Shown: one piece after another, positions 46,001-55,101 of the stretch
How the letters are laid out: each line of letters starts with the position of its first letter
Position numbering within the stretch: the stretch's first letter is position 1
DNA from: a virus
Lineage: Duplodnaviria > Caudoviricetes
Virus record (IMG/VR): IMGVR_UViG_3300031862_000774
Coordinates: 1 to 55,101 of that record
DNA: 55,101 bases
Reading direction: 5' to 3' (one strand)
The notes under the pieces: generated by a model
Seen by the model: only the letters and a program-made list of their open reading frames with translations
What the model was told of the DNA's origin: nothing
Database searches by the model: none
Program-made: the position numbers and the translations under genes

Positions 46001-46401
46001 AAGTTGCAGGAACGGATGTCTTCATCAAGGTCAACACCGGCACGGAAGGCTCGCCCGTCTGGACGAAAGTCGGCGGGCAGAAGGACGCCACGATGACGAA
46101 GAACCTGGGCGCCATGGATGTCACCGACAAGGACTCCCAGGGATGGGAGGAGAGCCTGCCTGGGAACAAATCCATCGACCTCGAGTTCGACGGCTTCCTC
46201 ATAGAGGACGACGCCGGCTGGCTCGAGATGGAAAAAGGCTTCTGGGAGGATAAGGAACTCCAGCTCCAGCTCATCACGCCGGCCAAAACCTATCAGGGCA
46301 AGTTCCGGCTCACCAAGGCCCCCGTCAAGGGACCCGAAGGGGGAGCGGCCACGGCGTCATTCTCCCTGAAGTCGAATGGCATCATCACCGTCACCCCATA
46401 A
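45997..46401 (+). CDS. Major tail tube protein (TP901-1-like)
   Basis: VAGTDVFI, VGGQK, DVTDKDSQGWEESLPG. Confidence 0.88.
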   Translation: MKVAGTDVFIKVNTGTEGSPVWTKVGGQKDATMTKNLGAMDVTDKDSQGWEESLPGNKSIDLEFDGFLIEDDAGWLEMEKGFWEDKELQLQLITPAKTYQGKFRLTKAPVKGPEGGAATASFSLKSNGIITVTP

Positions 46402-46413
46402 AGGAGGGAAGAA

Positions 46414-46743
46414 GTGTCAGACTTAACAGTCCAGCATATCGTTCTATCCGGGCTCACTCCGACCTATGCCGCAGCCAGCGCGGGAGGGGATGCCTTCCTG
46501 AACAGCGGCCGCGTCCTCATCCACGTCAAGAATGCGCACACGTCCCCGCAGACTGTGACCGTCAATTCACAGGCCCTCTGCAGCCAGGGCTTCGACCATG
46601 ACGTCGCCGTCGCCATCCCAGCGAGCGAGGAACGGATGATCGGGCCCTTCTCGAAGGAGAGGTTCAACGACCCATTGAGCAAGGTCCAGCTCACCTACAG
46701 CGGTGTGACGGCGCTCACAATTGCCGCCCTGGAGCTGCCATGA
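46414..46743 (+). CDS. Beta-sandwich virion accessory protein
   Basis: AAASAGGDAF.N.G...VKN, IGPF...FN; AGGAGG RBS. Confidence 0.55.
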   Translation: MSDLTVQHIVLSGLTPTYAAASAGGDAFLNSGRVLIHVKNAHTSPQTVTVNSQALCSQGFDHDVAVAIPASEERMIGPFSKERFNDPLSKVQLTYSGVTALTIAALELP

Positions 46744-47341
46744 AGGATTATGTCCTGAACCTCGACCGACCCCGCTGTCTTAAATACGGCTTCGGGGCCG
46801 CACGCCTGATCAGGCAGAAGTTTGGCGACCGGTCCGTCGAGGACATCCTCAACATGAAGGTCGACGAGATGCCTTTCGTGGCCTGGGCCGGCCTGGCCTG
46901 GGAGGACCCGCAGCTCACGGCCGAGCAGGTCGAGAAGCTCATCGATGACAAGATCCCGGAGGAGTACACGATATCCGATATCGTCAACATCGTGTCGGAT
47001 GCTATAACCAGGGATTTCGGCGGCGAGCCCCAAAAAAAAAAGAAATCGACCCCTTCGAAGAAGAAAGAAAGCTCGCCCGGTCCTTCGGAATCTCGAACGA
47101 AGACTTCGAAAGAATAACGCCGGCCGAGTTCAAGGAGCACTTCAAGGAGAGGGAGGACCGCGAATGGCGCAAGTTTGCCTGGCTGGGGAGCGTGATCGTA
47201 AGCTGTCTCACGGGAAAAGAAATCGCCGGTTCGGATTTATTGCCGGAAGTCTATCCTAAGACGGAGGGCAAGAAGGCCCTGACGGAGGAAGGGGCGAAAA
47301 AAGAGCTGGAAGAATTGAAAGAAAAGCTGAAGGTTGAATAA
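46740..47341 (+). CDS. Tail assembly chaperone G (46740-47117) with -1 frameshift product GT (to 47341)
   Basis: CCCC-A10-G at 47028-47042; -1 frame open to TAA 47339-47341 and encodes FGISNEDFERITPAEF; precedes TMP. Confidence 0.85.
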
Positions 47342-49980
47342 TGGACATCAAATCGCTTCTGATCCGGATCGGGGTCGATACCTCCGCGCTTGAGAAGGGG
47401 TTGGACAACGCCCAAAAGAAACTGGAGAGTCACAGAAAGACCTTCACGGCGATCGGGGCCTCGATGACTATTGTCGGCGGCGCTCTGACAGCCTTTTTCA
47501 CTAAATCGATCGAGGAGAGTGCCCGCTCGGAGGCACAAACGACAAAGTTGAAGACCGCCCTTTCGAATGTGGCCGGGGCCGCGAAGAACGGGGCGGAGAT
47601 GCTCGTCCAGTACGCCTCCTCTCTGCAGGCCTCGACGGGCTATAGTAATGATGAGATCAAGAGCGCCATGGCGATGCTCGCCACCTTCCAGCTTAACGAG
47701 CGCCAGATCGCGGCGATCACGCCGCGGCTTCTTGACATGGCAGCCGCGACGGAAAAAGCGACGGGCCAGCAGGCCGACCTCCAGTCCATAGCCATCGCCC
47801 TGGGCAAGGGGTTCACGGGCCAGGCGGGATCTTTGGCGAGATACGGGGTCGTGCTCTCGGATCAATCCAAGAAAACGGGCGACTTCAACGCTATCCTTCA
47901 TGATTTGGACCTGAATTTCAAGGGCACCGCGGCGGCGATGGGGCAGACGCTTCCCGGCCAGTTAAGGATACTCAAGACGAGCTTCGCCGATCTGATGAAA
48001 GTCATCGGAGCTCAGCTCGTCCCCATACTTATTCCCCTCGTCGAAAAAGTGGGCGTAATCGTCAAGTCGGTCATGGCCTGGTTCGAGTCGCATAAGAAAT
48101 TGGCCTCAACTTTGATTCCGATCATCGCCGGGCTGGGAACGCTTTCGACCATCCTGGGGCCCATGGTCATGGTCCTGCCTCAAATCTCAGGCGGCGTCAT
48201 GGCACTGGCCAAAGCATTCATATTTTTGGCCACAAACCCGATCGTCCTTGTTATCGCCGGCATAGGGGCGGCCACCTACGTCATTTATAAGCTCGTGGCT
48301 GCGATGAGGGAGGCCGCGGGGACCGAAGGCGTCTTCAATGAAGCGAATAAGGTACTGATGACAGAGATGATGGAGGCCGGGCAGATTGTGGGGATGACCG
48401 CGCAGGAATTCATGAACTTGGAGAAGAAGTACAGCGGGAACGCCCTGGCGATGAAGGCGGCGATCCTGGCGGGCAAGGAAGGGAAGAACCTCCAGGAGCA
48501 ACTCATCTTCGTGCTGAAAAAACACGGCGAGGCTGTGGACGAGCAGGGCGTAGCCTATGACAAGGCGAGTAAGGACCTGGAAGAGTTTCTCAAGCATCTC
48601 GGCGATCTCTCCCGCCAGAGTGAAACGACCACGGATAAGATAAAAACCGCAAGAAAAAGTCTCACGGATGAAATCCAGAAGCTGACCTTGTCCGAATATG
48701 CCTATGAGAAATTCGCCGCAGAGGCGACCTTCAAGGAAAGGCAGGATCAGATCAATAAGGAAATTCCCGCCGGCAAGGAGAGGGATGCGCTTCTCCTGCT
48801 GGCTCGCCGGGCCTATGAGGCTCAAGTCAAGTCCATCGACGACAAGGCGCTCACCGACAAAATAAGCTTCCTCAAGCAGATCGCTGATGAGGAGGATGCG
48901 CAGACGGTCGAGCGCATCCGGGCCCTCAAAGATTTTGAGGCGAAGAAGAAAACGTTCACCGATTCGATCAAGAAACTGACCATGTCGGAATGGAGCCTGG
49001 TAAGGGAGAACATCAAAGAGGAGCACGAGGTACGAGTCAAAGAAATCAAAGACTCCGAGAAACTCTCTTCGGATCAAAAGGCGACGCTCCTGGCACAGGA
49101 AGACAAATATTACGCGGCCCTTATCGCAAAGGGGAAGAAAACCGCCAAGCAGATTTTCCAAGATTGGAAGAACGAGATGGTCGATAAGATCGCCCGCGCG
49201 ATCTCCTCCCTCGTGGGAAATATCGACAATCTCTTTTCCCAGGCCTTCACGAACGAGAGCATCAGGATCGACAATGAAGAAAAGATGAAGACCGAGGCCG
49301 TGAACACGGAATATGAGACAAAAAAGTCGGCCCTTGACTCAACGACGGCTAACGCCCAGGCGGCCGCCGAGGCCGAATACGCAGCCAAGGTCGAGGCCAT
49401 AGAGAGGAACGTCAAGGACGAGAAAAAAAGAGAGAAAATGCTGACCGATCTGGAAATGGCCAAAAACGCAAAGCTGGAAGCGCTGAAAAAAGAAAGCGAT
49501 GCGGCCATGAGCAAACTCGAGCAGGAGAAGGCAGACGCCGAGAAGAAAATCGCTGAAGACCTGGAGAGTGAGAAGTCGAGGCTGAGAAGAAAGGCGGCCA
49601 TCGAGGAAAAGGCGGTCGCCCTAATCAGTGCGATCGTCAATACCGCGGCTGCCGTCGTGAAGGCCCTCCCGAACATCCCCCTGGCGATAGCCGTGGGAAT
49701 CATGGGGGCCGTGCAAGTTGCACTGATCGCCAAGCAGCCGATCCCCCTGGCCGAGGGTGGCATTATCAATAAGGAGACTTTAGCCTATTTGCATCCGGGA
49801 GAAGCGGTCATCCCGTTAAAAGATTTAAAGCCAGCTTTTGCCATGGCCGGCGGCGCAGTGACAATTCGGCAATCCAACTATTTCTACGGCAACATCCAGA
49901 ATGCCGGCGACGTCGACAAGATTTCGCAGCGCCTGGCTGAGCGAGTCAAGCAGGCGATCTCTAAGGGAAGGAGGTATTGA
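47341..49980 (+). CDS. Tape measure protein
   Basis: Long Ala/Lys/Glu-rich helical ORF with hydrophobic segments; LAEGGII...LHPGEAVIPL. Confidence 0.9.
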   Translation: MDIKSLLIRIGVDTSALEKGLDNAQKKLESHRKTFTAIGASMTIVGGALTAFFTKSIEESARSEAQTTKLKTALSNVAGAAKNGAEMLVQYASSLQASTGYSNDEIKSAMAMLATFQLNERQIAAITPRLLDMAAATEKATGQQADLQSIAIALGKGFTGQAGSLARYGVVLSDQSKKTGDFNAILHDLDLNFKGTAAAMGQTLPGQLRILKTSFADLMKVIGAQLVPILIPLVEKVGVIVKSVMAWFESHKKLASTLIPIIAGLGTLSTILGPMVMVLPQISGGVMALAKAFIFLATNPIVLVIAGIGAATYVIYKLVAAMREAAGTEGVFNEANKVLMTEMMEAGQIVGMTAQEFMNLEKKYSGNALAMKAAILAGKEGKNLQEQLIFVLKKHGEAVDEQGVAYDKASKDLEEFLKHLGDLSRQSETTTDKIKTARKSLTDEIQKLTLSEYAYEKFAAEATFKERQDQINKEIPAGKERDALLLLARRAYEAQVKSIDDKALTDKISFLKQIADEEDAQTVERIRALKDFEAKKKTFTDSIKKLTMSEWSLVRENIKEEHEVRVKEIKDSEKLSSDQKATLLAQEDKYYAALIAKGKKTAKQIFQDWKNEMVDKIARAISSLVGNIDNLFSQAFTNESIRIDNEEKMKTEAVNTEYETKKSALDSTTANAQAAAEAEYAAKVEAIERNVKDEKKREKMLTDLEMAKNAKLEALKKESDAAMSKLEQEKADAEKKIAEDLESEKSRLRRKAAIEEKAVALISAIVNTAAAVVKALPNIPLAIAVGIMGAVQVALIAKQPIPLAEGGIINKETLAYLHPGEAVIPLKDLKPAFAMAGGAVTIRQSNYFYGNIQNAGDVDKISQRLAERVKQAISKGRRY

Positions 49981-50765
49981 TGGCGATCCCCGTGATTTAT
50001 GTCGAGGCCGCGGATGAAAAAATCAAGATCATCGACAGCATGGGGCAGGAATTCTATCTGCCGAAAACCTTCGAGGTCCGGTCCGAGCCGATCGCGAAGA
50101 AAAGCGCGCTGCTCGATGTTGCCTATTCGCACGGCGCCAAGGACGTCTCGGACGGCATGTTCGCGCAGCGGGTAATCGAGATCTCAGGGAAGATCTGGGC
50201 CTTCTCCGATTCCGAGTACAACGCCAAATGGGATGCCCTGGCCGAGCAGATCATCAAGGAGGACTTCAAGGTCCAGAACCGGGACCGGCAGATCAGGATC
50301 CGGAAGATCGAAGAGGTCTCTCACGAGTACCCCTCGAACGTCGGCTATAACTACGGCATCGTCACGATCCGGATGCTGGCCGTGGACCCGTTCTGGTACG
50401 GGAAGACGGCGAAGATGAAGGAGATCACGATCACGAGCTCGCCCTACGAGTTCCAATGGGACATCGGCGGCAAGATCGAGGTCTTTCCGACTATCATCTT
50501 CGAGAACCTGGCCGACAATCCCGACTTCCGCCTCGAGAACGAGACCGACAGCGCCCGCGAGCTCAGGATCCAGGACTCACTCAACACAAGCGGAACGACC
50601 GTCACCGTCGACTGCGTCAACGGCACAGTGAAGCGGGGGACGACGGATATCATCAGCAAGTTCAGCGGGATGTTTTTGAGGCTGCTCGGCGGGCGGTCGA
50701 ACCTCTTCAAGTACACCGGCGCGGTCGTGAAAATCACGATGCAGTATTTTGAATGTTGGATCTAA
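49977..50765 (+). CDS. Distal tail (Dit-like) protein
   Basis: Follows TMP; AVDPFWYG, FLRLLGGRSN. Confidence 0.75.
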   Translation: MMAIPVIYVEAADEKIKIIDSMGQEFYLPKTFEVRSEPIAKKSALLDVAYSHGAKDVSDGMFAQRVIEISGKIWAFSDSEYNAKWDALAEQIIKEDFKVQNRDRQIRIRKIEEVSHEYPSNVGYNYGIVTIRMLAVDPFWYGKTAKMKEITITSSPYEFQWDIGGKIEVFPTIIFENLADNPDFRLENETDSARELRIQDSLNTSGTTVTVDCVNGTVKRGTTDIISKFSGMFLRLLGGRSNLFKYTGAVVKITMQYFECWI

Positions 50766-50766
50766 G

Positions 50767-52494
50767 ATGCCGAGACTGAGAGAGGAAAAGCGGCTCCGAG
50801 AGCAAAGATTATTAGGCATAAAAACGGGCATACCTACCTATGTCCCGCCCGAGCTCACGGTCAAGGGGTTCAAGCTCATCTTTTATGATGTCTCCCAGGT
50901 GAAGGTCGGGGAGCTCGGGGCCGACGTCCAGCTCGGCAGGATCTCGGAGATCGAGTTCGAGCTCATGGACTTCGGCTGCGGCGCCTTTTCCTTTGTCCTG
51001 GATTCCCTGCCGCCCTTCCCGGTCACCTACCGGACGCGCGTCGACGTCCATCCCTATTTCGACACGACGCCCTGGTTCTCCGGGTTCATCCAGACGACCC
51101 CGAAGCCGGGCCAGAAGCCGCCCTACCGTTACATCGGGTTCGGGTTCTTCGAGCAGCTCGACTGGGTGACGGTCACGAAATCCTACCAATCGCAGGAGGT
51201 CAGTCTCATCATCAAGGATATCATCCAAAACATCGTTGCGCCCAACACGCAGATCGGGTACAACGCGAGCAAAATCGAAGCGACCACCTACACGGTCACG
51301 GACATCACCTTCGACTATGCCTTCGCCAAGGACGCCCTGCAGCAGCTCGCCAACATCGCCCAGGGCTACGAGTTCGGAGTCGATGACGCGCGCGAGTTCT
51401 ACTTCCGGGCGATCGACACCGAGCCCCATTACTGGTACTGGGCCGGCCGGCAGTTCCAGGACATCGATCTCGAGGAGGACCCGCAGGGGATCCGGAATAA
51501 GCTCTACGTCAAGAACGGCAAGATTCAGGCCGGCGGGACGAACATTGTGGGCAGCGTCTCGGACCCGGGTTCAATTTCCGCCTACGGCCTCCGGGAGGAG
51601 GTGGTGACGGCGCCGGACATCCTGTCGACCGCCGACGCGCTGCAGTGGGCGGGCCAGGTCCTGGCGGAGAAAAAGGACACGAAGGTCAAGGCGAAGATCA
51701 AGAACGTGCTCTTCGATACGACCAAGGCGAAGATCGAGGCCAAGGGTAAGATCGTGATCACGACCTTTGACAGCTCGACCTACACGGCCCCGCTGAAGCG
51801 GGTGCTCTACAGAATCTCATCGGCCGGGACCCTGGGCGAGATCGAATGCGGCGCCGTACTCATCCCCTTCGAGCAGCAATTCGTCGGACAACTCAAGCGC
51901 ATGGATGACGAGCAGCGGTTGAGCGACAAGAGGACTGAGGAGCTCTCGACCGAGATCTCCGCGGAAACGGCCAAGGATAAGGTCGAGGTCCAGAACCGGG
52001 CCGCGACCCAGCTCATAATTGCGAATGATATTACCGAGAGAGATATCTTCAGCTATACGGTGCCTGCAGGGCTTCTCGGTGAAACCGGGGTGCTGCGACT
52101 GACGATCATCGGGAGATATTACAATCAAACGGGCGCGGCGAGACACCTCACGATCAGGATCAAGTTCGGGGCGACGACGCTTTATGATGACATTATCAGT
52201 GCCATCCCGAATGCGACGACCTCGAGGCCCTTCTTTCTGTCGATTTTCCTGGTCAACCAGAACGCGGCGAATGCCCAGATCCTGGGAGGGAAAATCGCGC
52301 TCGGCGACTACGACGGCGCGACCGCGGGGATCGGCGACCTGGCCGATAGCGTGATCATGTCGCACTCGCCCATTCACGGGACGGCCTCCGAGGACAGCGG
52401 CGCGGCTAAAGACCTCAAGGTCACGGTCCAGCACCAATTGGCCGATGTGAATCTACAATTTGTCCGGGAGTACGCGATCCTGGAACTTTTATGA
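50767..52494 (+). CDS. Baseplate hub / Tal-like tail protein
   Basis: Follows Dit; ALQQLA, FGVDDAREFYF, SISAYGLRE. Confidence 0.65.
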   Translation: MPRLREEKRLREQRLLGIKTGIPTYVPPELTVKGFKLIFYDVSQVKVGELGADVQLGRISEIEFELMDFGCGAFSFVLDSLPPFPVTYRTRVDVHPYFDTTPWFSGFIQTTPKPGQKPPYRYIGFGFFEQLDWVTVTKSYQSQEVSLIIKDIIQNIVAPNTQIGYNASKIEATTYTVTDITFDYAFAKDALQQLANIAQGYEFGVDDAREFYFRAIDTEPHYWYWAGRQFQDIDLEEDPQGIRNKLYVKNGKIQAGGTNIVGSVSDPGSISAYGLREEVVTAPDILSTADALQWAGQVLAEKKDTKVKAKIKNVLFDTTKAKIEAKGKIVITTFDSSTYTAPLKRVLYRISSAGTLGEIECGAVLIPFEQQFVGQLKRMDDEQRLSDKRTEELSTEISAETAKDKVEVQNRAATQLIIANDITERDIFSYTVPAGLLGETGVLRLTIIGRYYNQTGAARHLTIRIKFGATTLYDDIISAIPNATTSRPFFLSIFLVNQNAANAQILGGKIALGDYDGATAGIGDLADSVIMSHSPIHGTASEDSGAAKDLKVTVQHQLADVNLQFVREYAILELL

Positions 52495-52506
52495 AGGAGG
52501 ACTAAG

Positions 52507-53595
52507 ATGCCATTACCAACCGAGAGATTCAAGGAAAGCTATGCGAACTGGCGGAAAAATGTTTTTACCGATGCCGACATGGCCATCGACAAGACTGAGG
52601 ATAATCTCTACATCCCGGCATCGTCACCCTATCTCATCCAACTTCTTGAGGTGCCGCGAAAAAACACGCCGACCTCGATTACGGTCTGGTGCTATGATAC
52701 CGGCACATATTTCACGGAGGTCTTGACCGCACCGGCCCAGAGCCAATTCCGGGTCGACTACCCCCCGGCGGACGGCGAGGGAACGGGCCTTGTCGAATTC
52801 AACCAGAACGATGCCGGGAAGCAGGTTAAAATTGTTTACAAGGCGACCGGCTCGCCGGTCCTCGAGGAGTTCCTGAACACGAAGATCTCCTGGCCAGCCG
52901 GGACCCCAACCGACCGGCAGATCGCGGTCTTCCTCTCGTCACTCAATAACTTCGCCTGGCGGTCGAACCCGCTCCGTTATTTTCACGAGGACAACGTCGT
53001 CTATAACTCTGCGGGCGAGGATGAGAGTTCGATGCTCTTCCGGTTCAAGAAGGCCGCGACCGAGGGCAAGGTGCTCTTAGAGCTCAAGGGCGCCAAGCTC
53101 CACCAAGCCTATTACTCGGAGCTCAAGCAACACCTTCATAGCGCCGGCAGCCTCGGCCAGCCGACACACGTGCACGGAAAGGGGACTCTTGCCGGCACCC
53201 AGCCCAATCATTACCACCAATATTGGTTCACAAGCCAGGGCAGTCTACAGAACACAGGTAATGCCGGCAATGATGCCGTAGCCATCACCGGCGATATGGC
53301 TGCCGCCGGCGGCGACGCCATCACGGGCTCGACCGCCAACGCCGGCGGGTCGCCAAAGACCTACCCGAACGCCCTCAAGGTCTACATCGATGGCGTGGAC
53401 AAGACCTCGCAGATCTTGGCGAAGTGCGGCCTGGCCGCCCTGGGCGACGGGACCTCGAGCCACGCCTTCGTCACGACCGGCACCGGCGAGATGGACATCA
53501 CGGACCTGATCACCTCGGACGGGTTCCATGAGATCAAGATCACGGAGCCGCAGAACGCCGGCGGAAGATGCCTTCTGCACCTGGAGCTTTACTAA
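52507..53595 (+). CDS. Minor tail / fibre protein
   Basis: HxH metal-binding fibre motifs (HLH, HVH, HYH). Confidence 0.6.
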   Translation: MPLPTERFKESYANWRKNVFTDADMAIDKTEDNLYIPASSPYLIQLLEVPRKNTPTSITVWCYDTGTYFTEVLTAPAQSQFRVDYPPADGEGTGLVEFNQNDAGKQVKIVYKATGSPVLEEFLNTKISWPAGTPTDRQIAVFLSSLNNFAWRSNPLRYFHEDNVVYNSAGEDESSMLFRFKKAATEGKVLLELKGAKLHQAYYSELKQHLHSAGSLGQPTHVHGKGTLAGTQPNHYHQYWFTSQGSLQNTGNAGNDAVAITGDMAAAGGDAITGSTANAGGSPKTYPNALKVYIDGVDKTSQILAKCGLAALGDGTSSHAFVTTGTGEMDITDLITSDGFHEIKITEPQNAGGRCLLHLELY

Positions 53596-53607
53596 TAGGA
53601 GGATGCC

Positions 53608-55101
53608 ATGATAGGACATTTTGACGCGGTTCTGAGCGACCAGGGCAAGCCGATCCTGACGAGCGTAACCGTCTATCTCGCGAACATGTCCACGAAGGCC
53701 ACGATCTACTCGAACATCGAGGGCACAATAGAGAAGGACAACCCCTTCCAGACGGACTCGCTCGGACGATTCCAGTTTTTCGCGAGGTCCGGCCGCTACG
53801 ACATCGAAGTCTCGGGCGTGGGGGTGACGACTTACAAGATCGAGGATATGTTTCTCCGGGGACCCTATGTCGACGTCAGGGAATATAGCTCGCTCCAGGC
53901 GGCCCTGACGGCCATGACGTCCGGCGGCGTCCTCATGATTCCCCAGGAAGATTATATGGTGGAGGCCGCCGCGCCCAACCCGTGCCTCGCCGTGGCCAAC
54001 GACAATATCACCATCCTTGGCCTCGGGAACGGCTCCAGGATCTACACGCCGAGCATTACGGACGTTTTCAAGGTCACGGGCAAAAACGTCCGCTTTGTGA
54101 ACCTCATGATCGAGGGCGACGGGACCGTGACCGACGACGGCTCCATCGGGCCGGCCCTGGTCGATTTCTACCAGACCTATGGGGGAGGCCTGTTTAACTG
54201 TTATCTCAAAAATCCGCACACCTATGGAGTCTTCATCAAGGAAAGCTACAACGTCAATTTGGAAAACAATACCATCGAGGGAAATTACTCGACCTGGCCG
54301 GGAACGGGCCACACTTACCACGCGGCGATCGGCTGCCAGGCTGCGGCTAACTCCCACTACCGCGGCAACCGCATCTTGAAATGCGTCCAGGGGATCCTAT
54401 TGTCGGCCTCGGGGACGCCCCTGAATATCGACGGCGAAAGCTCGACACTCTGCCGGGGGCTTATTATCGAGGCGAACAAATTCTATAACTCCATGAACCA
54501 CCATGTCTATTCGACGGACGGCCGCGATTGCATCTTCCGGGGAAATCTGGGGCATACCACCTACGACGGGAGCGGGTTCAAGATCACGAATTATCCGAAC
54601 ACACTCGAGGGCAACATAGTCAAATACTCGCACGAGCTGACAACGATGGGGGGCGACGGCTTTGCCCTGACCTCAGTCGACGGCTCCGCGCTAAACAACA
54701 ACCGGGCCCTCTATAACGACAAGAACGGTTTTTCGGTTAAAACCTCGAAGGGCATCGTTATTTGCGGAGGCGTGGCGGCCTATAACGGCTACCACGGCGT
54801 GCGGCTTCAGGACGGGGTACTTGACTCCATCGTCGGGTATATTTTATGCCGGAATAATGGCCAAATCGGGGCCGGGGACGGCGTGCGGATAGACGACACG
54901 GGCACGGCCTGCCTTTACAACGAGATCTCCGGCGTCGTCTCAATCGACGACCAGGGGACACCCACTCAACAATACGGGATCAGGGAAATGAATAATGGAA
55001 ACTATAATCATATCCACGGCGCGAGGACCAGGGGCAACGTGACGGATGGGATCTCGCACGTCGGGGCGAACACCGTAGAGGCAGATAATTTCGAGGTCTA
55101 A
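53608..55101 (+). CDS. Tailspike / depolymerase-like beta-helix protein
   Basis: N-terminal NPFQTDSLGRFQFF anchor domain followed by right-handed beta-helix repeats. Confidence 0.75.
   Translation: MIGHFDAVLSDQGKPILTSVTVYLANMSTKATIYSNIEGTIEKDNPFQTDSLGRFQFFARSGRYDIEVSGVGVTTYKIEDMFLRGPYVDVREYSSLQAALTAMTSGGVLMIPQEDYMVEAAAPNPCLAVANDNITILGLGNGSRIYTPSITDVFKVTGKNVRFVNLMIEGDGTVTDDGSIGPALVDFYQTYGGGLFNCYLKNPHTYGVFIKESYNVNLENNTIEGNYSTWPGTGHTYHAAIGCQAAANSHYRGNRILKCVQGILLSASGTPLNIDGESSTLCRGLIIEANKFYNSMNHHVYSTDGRDCIFRGNLGHTTYDGSGFKITNYPNTLEGNIVKYSHELTTMGGDGFALTSVDGSALNNNRALYNDKNGFSVKTSKGIVICGGVAAYNGYHGVRLQDGVLDSIVGYILCRNNGQIGAGDGVRIDDTGTACLYNEISGVVSIDDQGTPTQQYGIREMNNGNYNHIHGARTRGNVTDGISHVGANTVEADNFEV

Larger units (their letters stand above)
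8244..55101. mobile_element. Temperate siphovirus-like prophage integrated at the tRNA-Arg 3' side; right end not reached
   Basis: Integrase, CI/Cro, replication, lysis, packaging, head and non-contractile tail modules in canonical order. Confidence 0.93.

Noticed and set aside
46399-46416. Possible stop read-through fusing tail tube to the in-frame 46414 ORF
   Set aside because: TAA stop, and the downstream gene has its own strong AGGAGG RBS
52507-55101. Diversity-generating retroelement targeting tail genes
   Set aside because: No reverse transcriptase or TR/VR pair visible in the window

Overview
The window is entirely mobile DNA: two elements whose tyrosine integrases converge on one tRNA-Arg(CCT) gene (8169-8243). 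Left (about 1-8150, left end not visible) is a compact phage-satellite-like island. It carries an HK97-fold capsid, a probable decoration protein, small and large terminases, two PC4-like proteins, a wHTH protein with iterons and an integrase, but no portal, protease or tail in view. Its right end appears to supply the tRNA promoter. Right (about 8244-55101, right end not reached) is a temperate siphovirus-type prophage with integrase, CI/Cro switch, recombination and replication genes, lysis genes, a methyltransferase, a PBSX/Xkd-like head module and a non-contractile tail. Three things stand out. (1) A 940-aa head-module protein fuses a pol-beta-like nucleotidyltransferase, an ATP-dependent DNA ligase, a LigD-type 3'-phosphoesterase and an XkdF-like prohead protease, suggesting a virion-delivered end-repair enzyme set. 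(2) About ten short AT-rich genes are each delimited by a 15-bp direct repeat, GGAGGCCGCCGATGA, forming a cassette-like array. (3) The portal-less capsid+terminase satellite seems to enter the tRNA from the 5' side. All product calls come from motif recognition by eye; no database searches were run.
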